DNA from: Cyanophora paradoxa CCMP329
Lineage: Eukaryota; Plantae; Glaucophyta
DNA length: 64,000 nt
Assembly: GCA_004431415.1 (NCBI GenBank)
Contig: QPMI01000560.1
Location: 62,001-126,000, forward strand
Direction: 5' to 3'
The number at the start of each line of letters is the position of its first letter. Positions within the stretch are counted from its first letter, which is position 1. The position numbers were made by a program, and so were the translations under genes. This document shows positions 49,236 to 62,500 of this stretch, one piece after another. The notes beneath the pieces were generated by a model. The model had not been told where the DNA came from, searched no databases, and worked only from the letters and a program-made list of their open reading frames with translations.

Positions 49236-50763
49236 TCAGGGGATGGGGCCGACGCCGGCGGCCATGTAGGTGGGGATGCGGTGGAGGGAGGACTCCGGGG
49301 GCACGAGGGAGTCCTCCATGAAGATGAGGGAGTCGAGCTTGTGCCAGAAGGCGGCCACGTTCTCCTGCCCGATCATGCCCACGAGGACGGCGCAGATCTC
49401 GGCGTCGGCGTCCAGGTCGTTCGCCGCCGACACCGCCTGCTTGCCCCGCAGGTACCCGTACGCCCGCTCGAAGAGGGCGCGCCCCAGGCCCTCCACGCAC
49501 TCCTGCCGCAGCGCCTCGACGCGCTCGCGCAGGTTGCCCCCGAGGAAGGCCGCCGCGAGCTCCGCCCCGCCGGCCTCGTCGCCCCCGGCCTCCTCCTCCC
49601 ACTCGTCCTCCTCGCGGAAGGGCCCGTGGGCGGCGGAGTCCTCGACGTCGGGGCGGCGCTGGAGCCGGTCGCGGAAGATCTCGAGGACCTGCTTCAGCTC
49701 CTCCTCCTCCTCCCGCTCCCGCAGCGCCCGCTCCTCCTCCGAGTCCCCCGCCTCCGCCTCCGTCTCCGCCTCCGCCGCCAGCATGCGCCGCAGCTCGTTC
49801 ACCCGCGCCGTCTGCGCCGCCAGCTCCTCCCGGAAGCGCACCGCCTCCTCCTCCTCCCCGCTGCTCTCCTCCTCCGACGAGAAGCCGACGGCGGCGCGCA
49901 CGGGGAACTCGCCGGCGTGCGTCGGGCGCCCGCTCGAGCTGCTCGCCCCGCTCCGCGACGAACTCGACGGGATCGAGCCGGCCCGCCGCCCCTGCTTCGG
50001 CGCCGGGCCCGCCGTCTCCAGGCCCGACCCCTCCGGAGCATCCTGCGTCCCGCGTCGGGAAGGCGGGGCGGGGCGGGGCGGGGCGGGGCGCACGAGGCCG
50101 GCGTGGAGCGGGGGCCGCCGCCGCGCCACCGCCTGCTCCGTGTCGCTCGCCGCGTGCGCGTGGCCCGCGCCCGGTGCATCGCCGCTGACGGGCTCGCCGG
50201 GCCCGCCGAGCTCGGCCGCTGATGCTGCTGCGCGAGCGGATGTCGGCGGGCGGCGCGCGTGCGGCGCGCGGGGCGGTGGGGCGGACCATCGCCTGCAGGT
50301 TGCTGACGCCCCAGCCGGGCTCCACGGGGGCCGGCCGCGGCGGCCTCCGCCGCGAGGGGTCGTCGAGGGCGTCCGAGGGGCCGGCGCCGGAGGGCCCTGG
50401 GGTGGGGCCGACGTCCGTGGGGCGCCGGGGCCGCCCCTCGCGCTCGGCGGCGAGCCGGTCGAGCGCCCCGTCGAACGAGACGCGCACCGCCGCCAGCTGC
50501 CCTGCGCGGGGGTCGGCGGGGCGCGTGCGGAGGCGGCGGCGGGGGCGACGGGGCGCACCGACGCTGGGGCGGGAGTTGGAGCCCGGGGGCGTGCGGGCAG
50601 CAGCGGCTTCTTGGCGAAGGGGTCCTCCTTGGCGGGGTTCGCCCCCATCGCCTGCAGCTCCGCCTGCACGCTCCGGTACTCGCTCTTCGAGGGGCCCGCC
50701 CCGCCCCCGGCCCACCGGCAGCGCCCGCTCCTCCGCCCGCACCGCCCGCCGCCCCGCCACGGG

Positions 50764-50795
<32 letters not shown>

Positions 50796-53700
50796 GGGCT
50801 CCGGCCGCCCCGCGTTGGGGCTCCGGTTCGCGTCCGCAACGCGCGGGGCCGGCGCGCCGAGCAGCGGCCGCTCGTCGCGGGGCGTCCGGCCGGCGACCGC
50901 CGCCGCAGGGGCGGGCGCCGCCGCCGCCGCCGCCGCCGCGGCGCGCTGGGCGTCGCGGGCCTCGCGGGCCTCGCGCTGCTCCTTCGCCTCCGCGAGCACG
51001 CTGCCGATGGCCCCGGGCTCCCGGCTCGGGTCCCGCTCCTTCGAGCTCCGTGCCGGCGCCGCCGCCGCCTTCTCCCGCGCCCCCGCCACCACCGGCGACG
51101 CCGACCGCTGCGGCGCCGGCGGCGGCGCCGGCGTCGGGCTCGGCGCCCGCCCCGCGGCCGCAGCCGGCTGGGGCGCAGCCGGCGCCGCCGGGGCCGCCGG
51201 GGCGTTCGAAGGGCTCGCTCGCGGGGGAGGCCGGGGGATGGGACTTTCTGCTGCGGCTGGGCGGCGGGCGCCGCGGAGGGGGAAACCTGGACGTGGGGGC
51301 GGGGCGCCGGCCGCCGTCGGTTGGCGTGGCGGGACGGCTGCCGACAGGGGGCGGGGGACGACGGGGGCTGGGCCGGCGCGGCGGGAGGGGCGGAAGGCTC
51401 GGCAGCGGGGGAGGCGCGGGCGGGGCGGGGGCGGGGCGGGGCAAGGGCGGCCGGCCGCTGGGGCTGAGGGGCGGCGGGGCGGGGCGGGGAGGGGCGGCGG
51501 GGTCGGGCGGGGCTGGGCTTGGGGATCGGGCGGGGCGGGCTTGGGGGCTCGGCGGGGGCCGGGGCCGGGCGGGGGCACGGCGGGCTTGGGGCGGGCTTGG
51601 CGGCAGCCTTGAGGGCCTCCTCGGCCGCCACCCGCCGCCGCCGCGCCGCCTCCAGCGCGTTCTCCGCGTTCCCCTGCGGCCGCGCCAGCAGCGGCGGCGG
51701 CGGCGGCGGCGGCGGCGGCTTCCCCGCCGCCCCCCGCTTCTTCTGGAGGCGCTTGTCCCTGCGCGGCGGGGCGTCATGATCAGCCGCCTCCAGCCGCGCG
51801 CCCGCCGAGCCTCCCGGCGGGGCGCGTACCGCTCCTCCTCGAGCTTCTTGAGGGCGCTCTCGACGCGCTGCCGCTCGACCTCCGCCTTCTGCAGCTCCGC
51901 CCGCTTCGCGTTCAGGTTCTCCTTCCTGCGCGCCACGCTCGCACCCTCCGTCCCCCGCGAGCCGGGCGGGCCGCGCACCTCGGGGCCTCGTTGTGCTTGG
52001 CGACGATCGGCGGCTGCACCGGCCCCGCCACGGGGGACACCGCCGGCGGCACGGCCGGCGCCGGGGGCGCCCCGGGGGAGGGCGCCTGGGGCGGGGCCGG
52101 CGGGGCGAGGAGGTTGGAGGGAGGAGACAGGGCGAGGGCGGGGCCGGCCCTGCGGGCGGGCGATGAGCTCGAGATGCCCGCCAGGGGAAAGCGGCGCACT
52201 TGGCGAGGTTGACGGTGTTCTCCGTCACGAACTTTTCCATCCGCCGCACGATGAAGGGCCGCTGCGGGGCCGGCGTTCGGCGCCGAGGCGGCCGGGGGCG
52301 CGGGGCGGGGCGGGGGCGAGGGCGCACGGAGAGGATGTCGGAGATCTTGGGGCGCTTTTCGGGGGCCTTGGAGAGCATCTCCTGGACGAGGGCGCGGAGC
52401 TCCTTGGAGTAGTGGCCCGGCAGCGGCGGCAGGCTGCTCTTCAGGATCTTCATCACCAGCCCGTTCATGTCCTGCCCCCACATCACGAAAGCAAAGGAAG
52501 GGAAAGGAAGGGAAAGGAAGGGAAAGGGAGGGAAAGGGAGGGTGCGCACGCGGGCGTCGAAGGCGTGGCGGAGGGTGACCATCTCGTACAGCACGCAGCC
52601 GAGGGCCCAGATGTCGCTCTTGAAGCTGTACGGCCGGTTGCTGAACACCTCCGGGCTCATGTAGTACGGCGTCCCTGCCCGCCCCGCCCCCTCAGCCAAG
52701 GCGGCGCGGGGGGCGCCGGGCCGGCGGCGGGCGCACCGATGACGGTGCGGGCCATGTCCATCGTCCCGTGGAGGACCTTGGCGATACCGAAGTCCTACCG
52801 ACGCGTCGGGCCGCGCGCGCGCGAGGCGGCGCGCTGGGGCGCCTCTCACGCACCCCCAGTTTCACCACGTTCTGCGGGGGGCGGAGAGGGGCGCCGCGTG
52901 AGCCCCGGGGCGGGAGTGGGCGAGGCTGGGGCCGCACCTTCTCCGTCAGGAAGATGTTCTGAGTCTTGAGGTCCCTGCCGCGCCCGTGAGGGGGCGCGCG
53001 GGCGTGGGACCGGACGGAGAGCGAGCCTGTGCAGGATGTGCCGCTCGTGGATGTAACCCAGCGCTGCGGCCATCTGCGTGAACCAGTCCAGGATCTCGTC
53101 CTCGCTGAAGAACTGGCCCCCTGCGAGGAGGCGCTCGCCGCGGCGGGCGAGGCGCGCGGCCGCGGCGGCGCGCACGGCGGTTCTTGATGCGGTTGTACAG
53201 GTCGCCCCCCTCGCAGAAGGTCATCACGATGCAGAGCACGTTCTTCTTCTCTGTTCGGAGCGTTAGAGACGGCGGTCCCGCCGACTGAACCAGACCCGGC
53301 GCGGACCGAAGAACGAGTCTGTGTACGAGACCTGGCGGCGGACGGCGCGTTAGATAGGGGCGGCGCGGGAGGGTGCCAGGGCGCACGATGTTGGGGTGCT
53401 TGAGCTGAGGTGGGCGGGAATCGAACAGCGGTCAGTCCGAGCGCACTGAGGCGGGCAAAGGCAGACCTGAGAGAGCAGCTTGGCCTGTGGGAAAGAGGCA
53501 AGAAACAGTGTGCGCAGGGTCAGCAGGGCGAGCGCAGGACGCGGAGACCACATTTCAGATGCGGCACCTCTAGCTCGGCGGCTTGCCGCTCCTTGGGGTT
53601 GCTCGCATTGATCTCAATGCGCTTGAGCACGTATCTGCAGGAGGTCTCAGCGTAGCCGGGGTGCGAGCTGGCAGCTAGAGGCCGGTCGGATCGCCGGGCG

Positions 53701-53983
53701 CCGGGCCCACGGTGGGCAGGGGCGGGGTCCTGCCCGCCTAGAGGACGGCCTACACGCGGCGGCTGCGGCGCGCGCGTCCCCTGCAGCCTGCGGCCTGCGC
53801 TGGCAGTGCGACACTCACTTCTTCCCATCCTTGACGCATCGAACCAGGAGCGCCGCGCCGAAGCTGCCCTTCCCGAGCTGCTTGATTACTGCCACAGCGG
53901 TGTAAGAGCAAGTGCGAAGAGCCGAGCAGACCGGTTCTACGGCAGCAGATACCTGTGTAGTCTTCCTTCTTGCTCGCCGACAT
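49236..53983 (-). CDS. NEK: NIMA-related kinase (NEK1/NEK4-like) with long disordered linker and C-terminal helical domain
   Basis: LGKGSFG, YVLK, LKHPNIV, CEGGDL, HRDLKTQNIFL, GDFGIAK, GTPYYMSPE..PYSFKSDIWALGC; C-terminal LRERVEALRQEC..LG..LFERAY. Confidence 0.92.
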
Positions 53984-54110
53984 AGCGCCCCCAGAGCGAC
54001 GGCCCCAGAGCGCCCCCGGCGACGGGGCGGGCCGAGCGACAGTGAGGGGCGCGACGGGCCGAGATCGACTGTACCCCCAGACAAACCGCTCTTTGATCCA
54101 GACTCCAGAG

Positions 54111-55426
54111 ATGTACGCGAGCCCGACGCGTAGGGAGGAAGACTACAGCGCGCCCTACACCGGCGTTAGAAGTGAGCCCCAGCCCGCCCCCCTTTGGCTC
54201 CGACTGAGAGCGGCGTTTCAGGCGCACGGGCGGACCGAGGCTATTTCGACAGAGACAGAGATGTCGACAGGGATGTTAGTCCCAGCAGGGTCAGGATTCG
54301 GGAGGTGCGCTCCGTTCTAGCTGAGTAGCTAGCGTGCCTGCGCTGAGCGTTGAGCAGCTGAACCGGGAGCTCAACTCCCTTCAGGACCGGAAGAGCGCGG
54401 TAGAGACGAAGCTCAGGTAGCTCAAAACGCGCCTTGTTCCGCCTGGACGCCCTCGGCCGGAGCGCGGACCGGGCGAGCAGGTCGCTGGACGAGCGGGTCT
54501 CGCAGTCGCGCGTGGCGGAGGAGGTGAAGCAGAGGGCCGTCAAGGACACGATCCAAAAGCTCCAGGAGGGACTGCAGGCCGAGCGCCTCGCCAGGGAGAT
54601 GCTCGACGAGCGCAAGTCGAAGGTCCGTCGCGGCCTGCGGCGCTGTGTGCGCTGCGGCGGCGCCGAGCCGAGCCATGCGTGCGCAGGAGCTGAAGCTGCT
54701 GGAGAGCTCTCTGCAGCTCGAGCTGAACGTCGAGAGACAGGTGCCGCCCCGCTCGGGACCCCGCCCCCCCGACTCCCTCCCTAGCGGCGCGCGGCGCGGC
54801 GCCGGCGCGGGGCCGACGCGGGGCGCAGGGGCGGAAGGAGCTGGAGGCGAAGCTGGCGAAGCTGCAGGAGGACAAGCTGTTCAACCTGCGGATGGAGATC
54901 GCGAAGGAGCGGAAGCTGCGGGAGGAGCTCGAGGAGCGGGTGCAGCTTGCGGACGCGCAGGTCGCCCGCGCCGTGGACGGCCTCGAGCTCGAGCGCAAGA
55001 ACCGGTGCGAGCGCGCGCGGCGCAGCGGAGCGCAGGGCAGGGCAGAGGCGGGCGGGCTGAGGCGCGGGGGCGCGGGGGCGGGGGGCAGGGAGGAGGCGGA
55101 CGACAAGCTGCTGCGGCGGATGACGGAGGAGGTCGTCAAGCTCCACGACTCCCTCACCCTCGAGAAGAAGGCGCGGCCCCGCCCCCCCCCCCCCCCCTCC
55201 CCCCCCCCCCCGAGGCGGCCGGCGGGGCGCGCTGAGGGGGCGGCGGGCCGGGGCGCAGATAAGGGAGCAGGCGGAGTCGACGACGGTGAAGATGCTGGAG
55301 GAGCTGGCGGCGCGCTTCCAGTCGGAGCTCGCCGCGGAGCGCCGGCAGCGCGAGGAGATGGAGGAGACCATGCTCCGCCTCCTCGAGGAGACCTGCGTCC
55401 GCCTCGAGAACGGCCTCAAGGTCTAG
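54111..55426 (+). CDS. SF-assemblin/beta-giardin-like segmented coiled-coil protein
   Basis: Short head followed by periodic L..ER..RE motifs, ending MLRLLEETCVRLE; head-to-head with the NEK gene. Confidence 0.65.
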
Positions 55427-55575
55427 CCGCCGCCCCGTCGCCCCGCCGCCCGCCGGGGGCCCTCCTCGTTCCCTTCGGCCCGCGCTCTGACGGCCGAGTA
55501 ATATTGTATGTATTTACAATGCGAGATCGTCCTCAAGCTCCGGCTGCTGCGCATCCTCGGGCGAGGCCGGGCGCG

Positions 55576-56227
55576 CTACCCTCCGCGGCGGGTCGGCGGG
55601 GTGACGCGCTGGTCTGTGCCGAAGGGCATATTCTCTCGCATCGCCGCCTGCCCGATGGGCGACTTCGGGGCCTGCCGCAGCTCTTCGGGATCAGTGAGAG
55701 GCGGGACATGGCCCTCCTCGTCGACCATATCAGGCTCGAGCGCGCGCCGCCGCTCCCCGACTTCCCGCCACGCCCACGCGTCACGATCAGTTTGTTGGCG
55801 AACACGCATATACTGGATAGCACAAACTCACGCGGATCGATGTCCTCGCGGATGATCGTGCCTGCGAAATCGGGCGCGCGCGGCCGCGGAGTTCGAATCG
55901 AATAGATGATATCGATCTCGATCTGGTGCATGCGCTTTTGCGTCTTCTCGGCGCACCGTCAAAGGGAATTTTGTCGCGACCTGTAGCGCTCGCCTTCCGC
56001 GTCTCGGAGCCTCCAGCAGCGCCGCCCTCGCGCTCGCCGAAAGCGGATTCTGAGCCCGAGCGGCGTTGCATACCTGGCGCCACGTAAGGGCGCTCAGAAA
56101 TTCGCTTTTGGTTTGCAAACGTGCCCAGCATCCATAGCGGAAGGTCGGGGGCGTTGCCGCGCGAGAATGAGCGTGCCAGGGACGTCGTAGGCCCGCTGGC
56201 GCGAGCGGAGGGCCTGCATTTCGTCAT
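55576..56227 (-). CDS. Possible small disordered hypothetical protein, 3 or more exons
   Basis: An in-phase splice path gives ..GRDKIPFD|GTIIREDIDP|LGERRRALEPDMVDEEGHVPPLTDPEELRQ..RRGG*; divergent from GPALPP1; no homology recognised. Confidence 0.35.
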
Positions 56228-56422
56228 CAGGCGCTTTCACAGCACGCAACGGGCGGTTTCCGCTCACCGAAGCAGGCGGGGAAGCATTTTGGAGAGCTGT
56301 CTCAGCCTGTCTCAGCCTGTCCGCGGTAGAGGGGTAGAGTCACCTCAAGACGACCTCGGCGGGTTCAGCTCGATCTGTAAGCCAGCAGCGAGCTAGCCGT
56401 CGGCGGGAGGACAAGAGGCAAG

Positions 56423-58306
56423 ATGGGCCGGTCCTCATCGAGTGACAGCGAGGACGACGACAGGCGCAAGCGGAGGGAGGAGAAGAAGCGACGCAAGGAG
56501 GAGAAGAAGCGACGAAAGGAGGAGAAGAAGCGCCGCAAGAAGGAGAAGCGGGAGAAGAAGCGGAGGCGAGACGACTCGGGCAGCGATTCCGACAGCTCCT
56601 CCTCGTCCTCGGACAGCGATCGAGTGCGCCCGAGCGCAAAGCGCGAGTCGGCTTGTTCTCACGCGGCCCTGTATGCAGGAGCAGCGCAAGAAGCGGAGCA
56701 AGGACAAGAAGGGCGGTGCGCTGCTCCCGCGCCCCACGCTCGCCGCCCGCTGAGCCCTGCGCAGAGTCCGACGCGAAAGCCAAGGCCGACGTCGGTCCCC
56801 AGCGCCCCGCGGCGAGCAGCGCCAGCGACAGCGATGTGGGCCCCGCGCCGCCGCGGCCGGCGCCCCCGCATCCCGTTCAGGCCAGCAGCTCTAGCTCTGG
56901 TGCCCGACCGCCCGAAGCTCTTCTTTCGAATCATCGCCTCACATGGTTGCGCAGGCCCGAAGGCGAGCCAGGTAGGGCCGGCCAAGCCCGCGGAGGAGAA
57001 GGAGGACGAGCCGGCGCCCGGCCCGTCGCTGCCGCCGGGCCCGCGGCGCCTAGGCCCGACCCTGCCGCCCGCCAACTGGAGGGTGCGAAGGCGTGGGGCA
57101 CGGGTCGCCGTGTGCCTGGGGCGCGGCTGACGCGCAGCGCGGGCGCCGGCAGCCGGACGAGGACGAGGACATGGTGGGCCCGCGGCCGATCACGGGCGCG
57201 GCGGCGGAGCGGGGCCGGGGGGACGAGGAGGACGAGGAGGAGGTGGACCTGGACGACGTGGACGGCTCCCGCAAGCGCGCCCGCGAGGCCGCCCGCGAGG
57301 AGGAGGCGCGCAGGGCCGCCCTCGCCGCCGCCGACGCCGCCAGCGAGAAGCGCAAGGGCCGCCGCGAGGAGTGGATGACCGCCGCCCCCACGGACCGCAG
57401 CGGCGTCACCACCACCGACAAGGACGGTGCGGCGGGACGGCCCGGCCCGCCGCAGGGCGCGGCGAGGGGCGCGAGCTGACTGGCGGAGGGCGGCGCAGGG
57501 AACATCATCGCGCGCAAGTTCGCGCTGCGGGACATGCAGATGAAGGCGCGCGGGGCGGGGGCTCGCCGGGGGGCGAGGGCAAAGCACAGGCGCGGCCCGC
57601 CGGGCGCTGGCGCTGACGCGCGTCGCGGCAGATCGACAGCGGGGACTGGACGCTGACGCCGGGGGAGAAGGAGGAGGCGGCCCGCCAGAGGGCCATGGAG
57701 AAGGCCAAGGTCCGGCCCGGCCCGGCCCGGCGCGGCGCGGCCTGGCTGAGTTTGCGCGCAGTCGAAGCGGGTGAACGACGACATCTACGGGGACCTGTAC
57801 GAGAAGAAGTCGCACGTGCCGACGCGCGAGCAGGAGATCGCCTCCGCCATGATCGAGTACAACGCGCGCTCCCCCCGCCCCGCCCCGCCCCGCCCCGCCC
57901 CGCCCCGCCCCGCCCGGCGCAGCACGAGCTGACTAGCGGGGCGGCAGGAGGCGCGGAAGAAGCAGAGCCTGCTGGACGAGCACGAGGAGGAGCGGAAGAA
58001 GAAGGAGAAGGAGGCCCGCAAGAAGCAGCGCAAGGCCGAGAAGGAGCTCGCCGCCAAGATGAAGGCCCGCCCCCCTCTCCCGCCCCGCCCCGCCCCGCAC
58101 CCCTCCTCCCGCCCGCTCGCCGCTGACGGGGCGCGGGCGTGCAGCTGGACCAGAGCGGGAAGGGCCCGCGGATCGTGCAGTGGAAGCCGTTCGACCGGGA
58201 GAAGGACCTGGAGATGAAGGGGTTCGACCCGAACAAGGCCAAGCGCGAGCTCGCCAAGGTCGGCGGCCTCGGCGGCATGTTCGCCTCCAACTCCTCCTTC
58301 CTCTAG
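56423..58306 (+). CDS. GPALPP1: GPALPP-motif protein (GPALPP1/DUF3752)
   Basis: GPSLPP and GPTLPP motifs, REEWM, WTLTPGEK, QSLLDEH, WKPFDREKDL, C-terminal FASNSSFL. Confidence 0.85.
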
Positions 58307-59526
58307 GGCGCCCCGCCCCGCGGCCCCGCCCCCGGGCCCCGCCCCCGCCCCCCTGTTCTGCTCTCACTCAGTGCTCGAATTCTGCAAAAGGCGCGCCCAG
58401 CAGCTTGAACTCGCAGCTTTCAAGCCACGAGATCACTGAATCGATGAATCACGACCCTCATCGGATCATGCCATGACGATCGGATCCATGCAAAATCCTG
58501 AAACTCGTGATTTTGAGAGTGCCGCAGTTCTCAGCGGCTTAGCCATAGGCCTTAGTCCTTAGGCTGAAGGTCATCCACCGAGTCCACTCCTCGCGGGGCC
58601 GGCGCTCTCGAGCCTCTGAGCTCACTGGCTCAGTCTGGCACTTCTTGGTGGGCCGCGGCGGCCGCGGCGGCCGCCGGGCGCCGCGCTGGGCCGTGATCAT
58701 GAGGCCTAGGGCCACCCGACCCAAGCCTTCAAGGCTTGTAGGCTAGGCCTGCCGCAGTGCTTCTAAAGGCTCTCAGGCTCTGACACAGTGATCATGAGGC
58801 TCCGAGGCTCTGAAAAGCGGAGAAACTTTGAAAGCTTAAGGCTTCCGAGGGCCCCCCCGGGCCGAGGGCTCGAGTTTGAGGCGCCCCGGCACTTTGAAAG
58901 CATGATGATCAGTCGGGCACTGCGGCAGCCTGCAGCTGGCAGCCTGGCAGCCGAGGCAGCGTGTGATCACCGGATCAACCACTGAGCGGTCAATGATCAT
59001 CGGATCATGAGTACTAGTCATGATTCTAGATCTAGCTAGTTCGCTGACTTAGTGAGTCGGAAGCTCGGAGCTCGGGGCCGGGCTCTGGAAATTTTGAAGG
59101 CCCTGAGGATTACTGAGATCCGAATCAGCCCCGCACCCCCGCCAGGCTGCTGGCCCGGTGAGGATCCGGATCCTTAGGGCCTCGATCGTTGACTCTCTCA
59201 GTGATCACGGAAGGGCGCGAATGAAGGTCTCGAACGTAGCGTGTCACGTATATCAAAGAAGCGCAACGTGTTACGTGAATCAAAGAAGGGCGAAAATACA
59301 CAGAGGAGGGGGTCCGGTGTGGGGTCGGGGGCGATGGGGCCGTGGTCGGGGGGCCGTGGGGACGGAGGGCGGGGCGGGTCGAGCTGCGGGCGCTGGGGGC
59401 GGGGGCGAGGGGCAAGGCGGGGGGCGGGGCCGGGAGCCGGGGAGCAGGGGGGAAGAGGCTGGAGGGGCGAGGGGTCGCGGGCTGCTGCCGGAAGGAAGGG
59501 AGAAGGGTGCCCTGGAGCGGGGCGGG

Positions 59527-62500
59527 CTAGCGCTCGATGCCGTTGGCCCAGGCCTGGAACTCGTCGTAGACCATGGTGGAGAACTTGTCGTACGACTCGG
59601 TGATCTTGTCCACCATGAACGCCGCCGCCTGCCGCTCGCTCTTCTCCGGCACGAACCTGCGGGGCGGGCTCGGAGGAGACCGGCGCGGGACGGGCGGGGG
59701 CGGGGAGAGAGCAGGCGGACCGGTTGCGGAGGTTCTGCATGGTCATGGGGCGGTAGGCGGGGAGGCCGGACTCCTTCATGAGCTCGGCGAGGGTCAGGAA
59801 GGACTCCATGTGCTGGCGGCACGCCAGGAAGGCCTTGCAGCACATGTCCACGAAGAAGTTGAACGGCTCCGCCTGCGGGCCCCCGCCCATGATCTGCACG
59901 AGAGCACGTCAGCCGCGCTGGGGAAGCAAGGCAGGGGCGGGGGGGCGGGCCTGGATCATCTCGGTGGAGAGCTTGAAGGGGGCGCGCTCGAACTTGAGGT
60001 CGCCGCCGGGGGAGATGTCGAAGATGAAGCCGAAGTCGATGTGGATGACGTGCCCGTCCTCGTCCACCAGGATGTTTCCGTTGTGCCGGTCCTTGATCTG
60101 CAGGATGAACGAGACGACCGAGTAGCCCGCCATCGAGAGGATGAAGTTGCGGCGCGCCTTCTGGAAGGCCAGGCTGTCCTTGTGCCCGTACTTGAGCAGG
60201 AAGTACTCGTAGAGGGAGCCCTCGGACATCTTGCCGACCATGTCGCGCGACTTGGCCTTGGGCACGCACTCGATGATCCCGCACCCGGGCGACGTCGTGA
60301 CGACGCGGTAGGGGTAGAGGTAGAGGTTCAGCCCGACGGTCTGGAAGATGTTCTTGAAGAGGCGGATGAACTGGAGGGCGAGGCAGTCCTGCCGGCAGTC
60401 GTCCCCCACCTTGAAGATGCACGCCTGCACCCGCACCTCCCCCGCCGCCTCCGCCGTCGAGAGCGTCCGCTGCAGGGGCCCGTGCCGCTTGCGCCCGCCG
60501 AAGCCCGGGCGGGAGTCGAGGGGGTGCTTCTGGGGGGAGGCGCCCACTGCCTCGTCGGTGCTCACGCTCTTGCGGGCCACGCTGAAGGAGGCGGAGGTGG
60601 CGAGCGCGCCGGGGGCACCCTCGCCGCGCGGGTCCGGCGTGGTGCGCGCGCGCGGCGTCTCGCGGCCGGCGGCGGCGGCGGCGGCGAGGGCGGCCGGCGA
60701 CTCGTCGCGGATCTGGAAGGCGACGAGGATGGGGACCTTGGCGGCCGACTGCATGGGCGACGCCGAGTCGTAGATGATGCCGACGACGCGCGAGTCCGGG
60801 TTGGTGGGGAGGTACAGGCCCCCCGAGACGGAGAACTTCTTGAGCTCCTCGATGATCTTGGGCTTGCGGGCGCCCTCCTCCAGCGGCTTCAGGATGCCCG
60901 AGATCGCGTTGATCCCGTTGAAGAAGTCGAACTCTGCCGTAGCACGCCGCCCGTGAGCCCGAGCGGGGCCCGGCGGGGCGGGGGCGAGGGGGCCGTGGCG
61001 GGCGGGGCGGGGCGGGGCGGGCGGGGCGGACCCTCGCGGTAGACGCGGCGGGCGTTGTCGGTGAACTCGGCGACGATCCGCTGGTCGAGCTCCCGCACGA
61101 GCTCCGGCAGCCGGTCCGGTACCCCCTTCGCCTTCTTCGCCTCGTCCACCTCCGACTCGGTCCGCAGCGCCCAGATGAGCTGGTGGGCGAACTTGTCCGA
61201 GCGCTGGCACATCTCCAGGAGCCACGCGCGGACCATGCCCGTGGCGTCGTGGCGGATGGACTGGCAGATCTGGGGCAGGTAGAAGACGACGGCCTCGGGG
61301 GGGAAGGAGCGCATCGTGTTGAGCGCGTAGTTGAGTACGAGGGCGTTCCCCTGGAAGGTCTTCCCCAGGAAGGCGAGGGCGGTGGTGAGGGGGCAGCGCG
61401 TCCAGTAGACGAGCTGGCGCAGCTGCGGGATGTTCGCCGCCACGTTGGCCTCCGTGACGAGGAAGGGGATCGCCTCGGGGACGCTGGTGACGAGGTCGGG
61501 GCGGGCCTTGATGAGGCCCTCGAGCTCGGGGCGCAGCGGGGCCGAGGGGAAGCGGAGGGCGAGGTGGACGGCGAGGCGCGGGGAGGCCTGCCAGGCGGTC
61601 CGCAGCATCTCGCTCCACTGCTGCGGGGCGATGGCGCGGTCGGCCGTGAAGCTCCGCTCGTCCTTGAGCTGCATGCCGGGCTTGTTCTGCGGGTTCCGCC
61701 ACGCCGAGATGCGGTCGACCTCGTGCCCGACGAGGAGGAGGACGAGCTGCCGCCGCCGCTCGAAGCTCCCCGCCATCTCGACGAGCAGCGCCCGCGACTC
61801 GGGCAGGTTCTCCCGCAGCGACACCGCCCCCGCGTCCGAGAAGCCCGACGCCCGCTTCGCCGCCGCCCCCGTGGGGCTCCCGGGGCCCACCACCGGCGTC
61901 GTCGAGACGCGCCGCATGTTGTGGAAGTCCCCGTGCGGCAGCGCGTTCGAGGCCGCCGCGTGCGCCGCCTGCGCCGCCGCGCCCCTGCCGTGCGCGGAGG
62001 CGGCGGCGGAGCGGGCGGGGGTGCCGGGCTTGGAGGGGTCCCCCGGGGCGGCCCCCGGGGCGGCGAGCAGGGAGGTGAAGTTGAGGGCCGACTCGATGCG
62101 CTGCAGGCGCAGGCCCGTCTCCGGGATCGAGTCGGCGCTGCCCAGCCCGCTCGGGGTCGGCTGCGGGGCGACCGCCCCCGCGTTGTTCTGCGACTCGGCG
62201 CGGATGTACTTGCAGAAGTCGATGAGCGTCCGCTCGTCGGCCTCGAGCTCGCGGTTGTTGCCCGGGTCGTAGTACGAGGGGGTGCACAGGAACCAGGAGA
62301 GGGTGGCGTTGTAGATGCGGTGCCGGAGGAGGGCGAGGCCGGCCTGGTCCGCCGCGTTGCTGTAGTTCGCCACGCGCAGCGCCAGCAGCAGCAGCTTGAA
62401 GCGGGGGCCCACCGCCTGCGGCGCCAGGCTGCGCAGAGGGTGAGCGAGGCGCAGGAGGGGGAGGTGGAGAAGGCGAGGGGCGGGCCTGAGGGCGGCGGGG

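Noticed and set aside
49066-52969. Very long overlapping ORFs (780-1016 aa) on both strands
   Set aside because: Arg/Pro/Gly/Ala-rich shadow frames caused by stop-codon scarcity in very high-GC DNA; the real product is the spliced NEK.
58900-58990. C/D snoRNA (ATGATGA..GGATCAACCA-CTGA, complementary to the 18S 5' end)
   Set aside because: Only a 10-nt match, negligible terminal stem, no methylation site known to me there, and the motif sits in TGATCA-rich repeat-like DNA.
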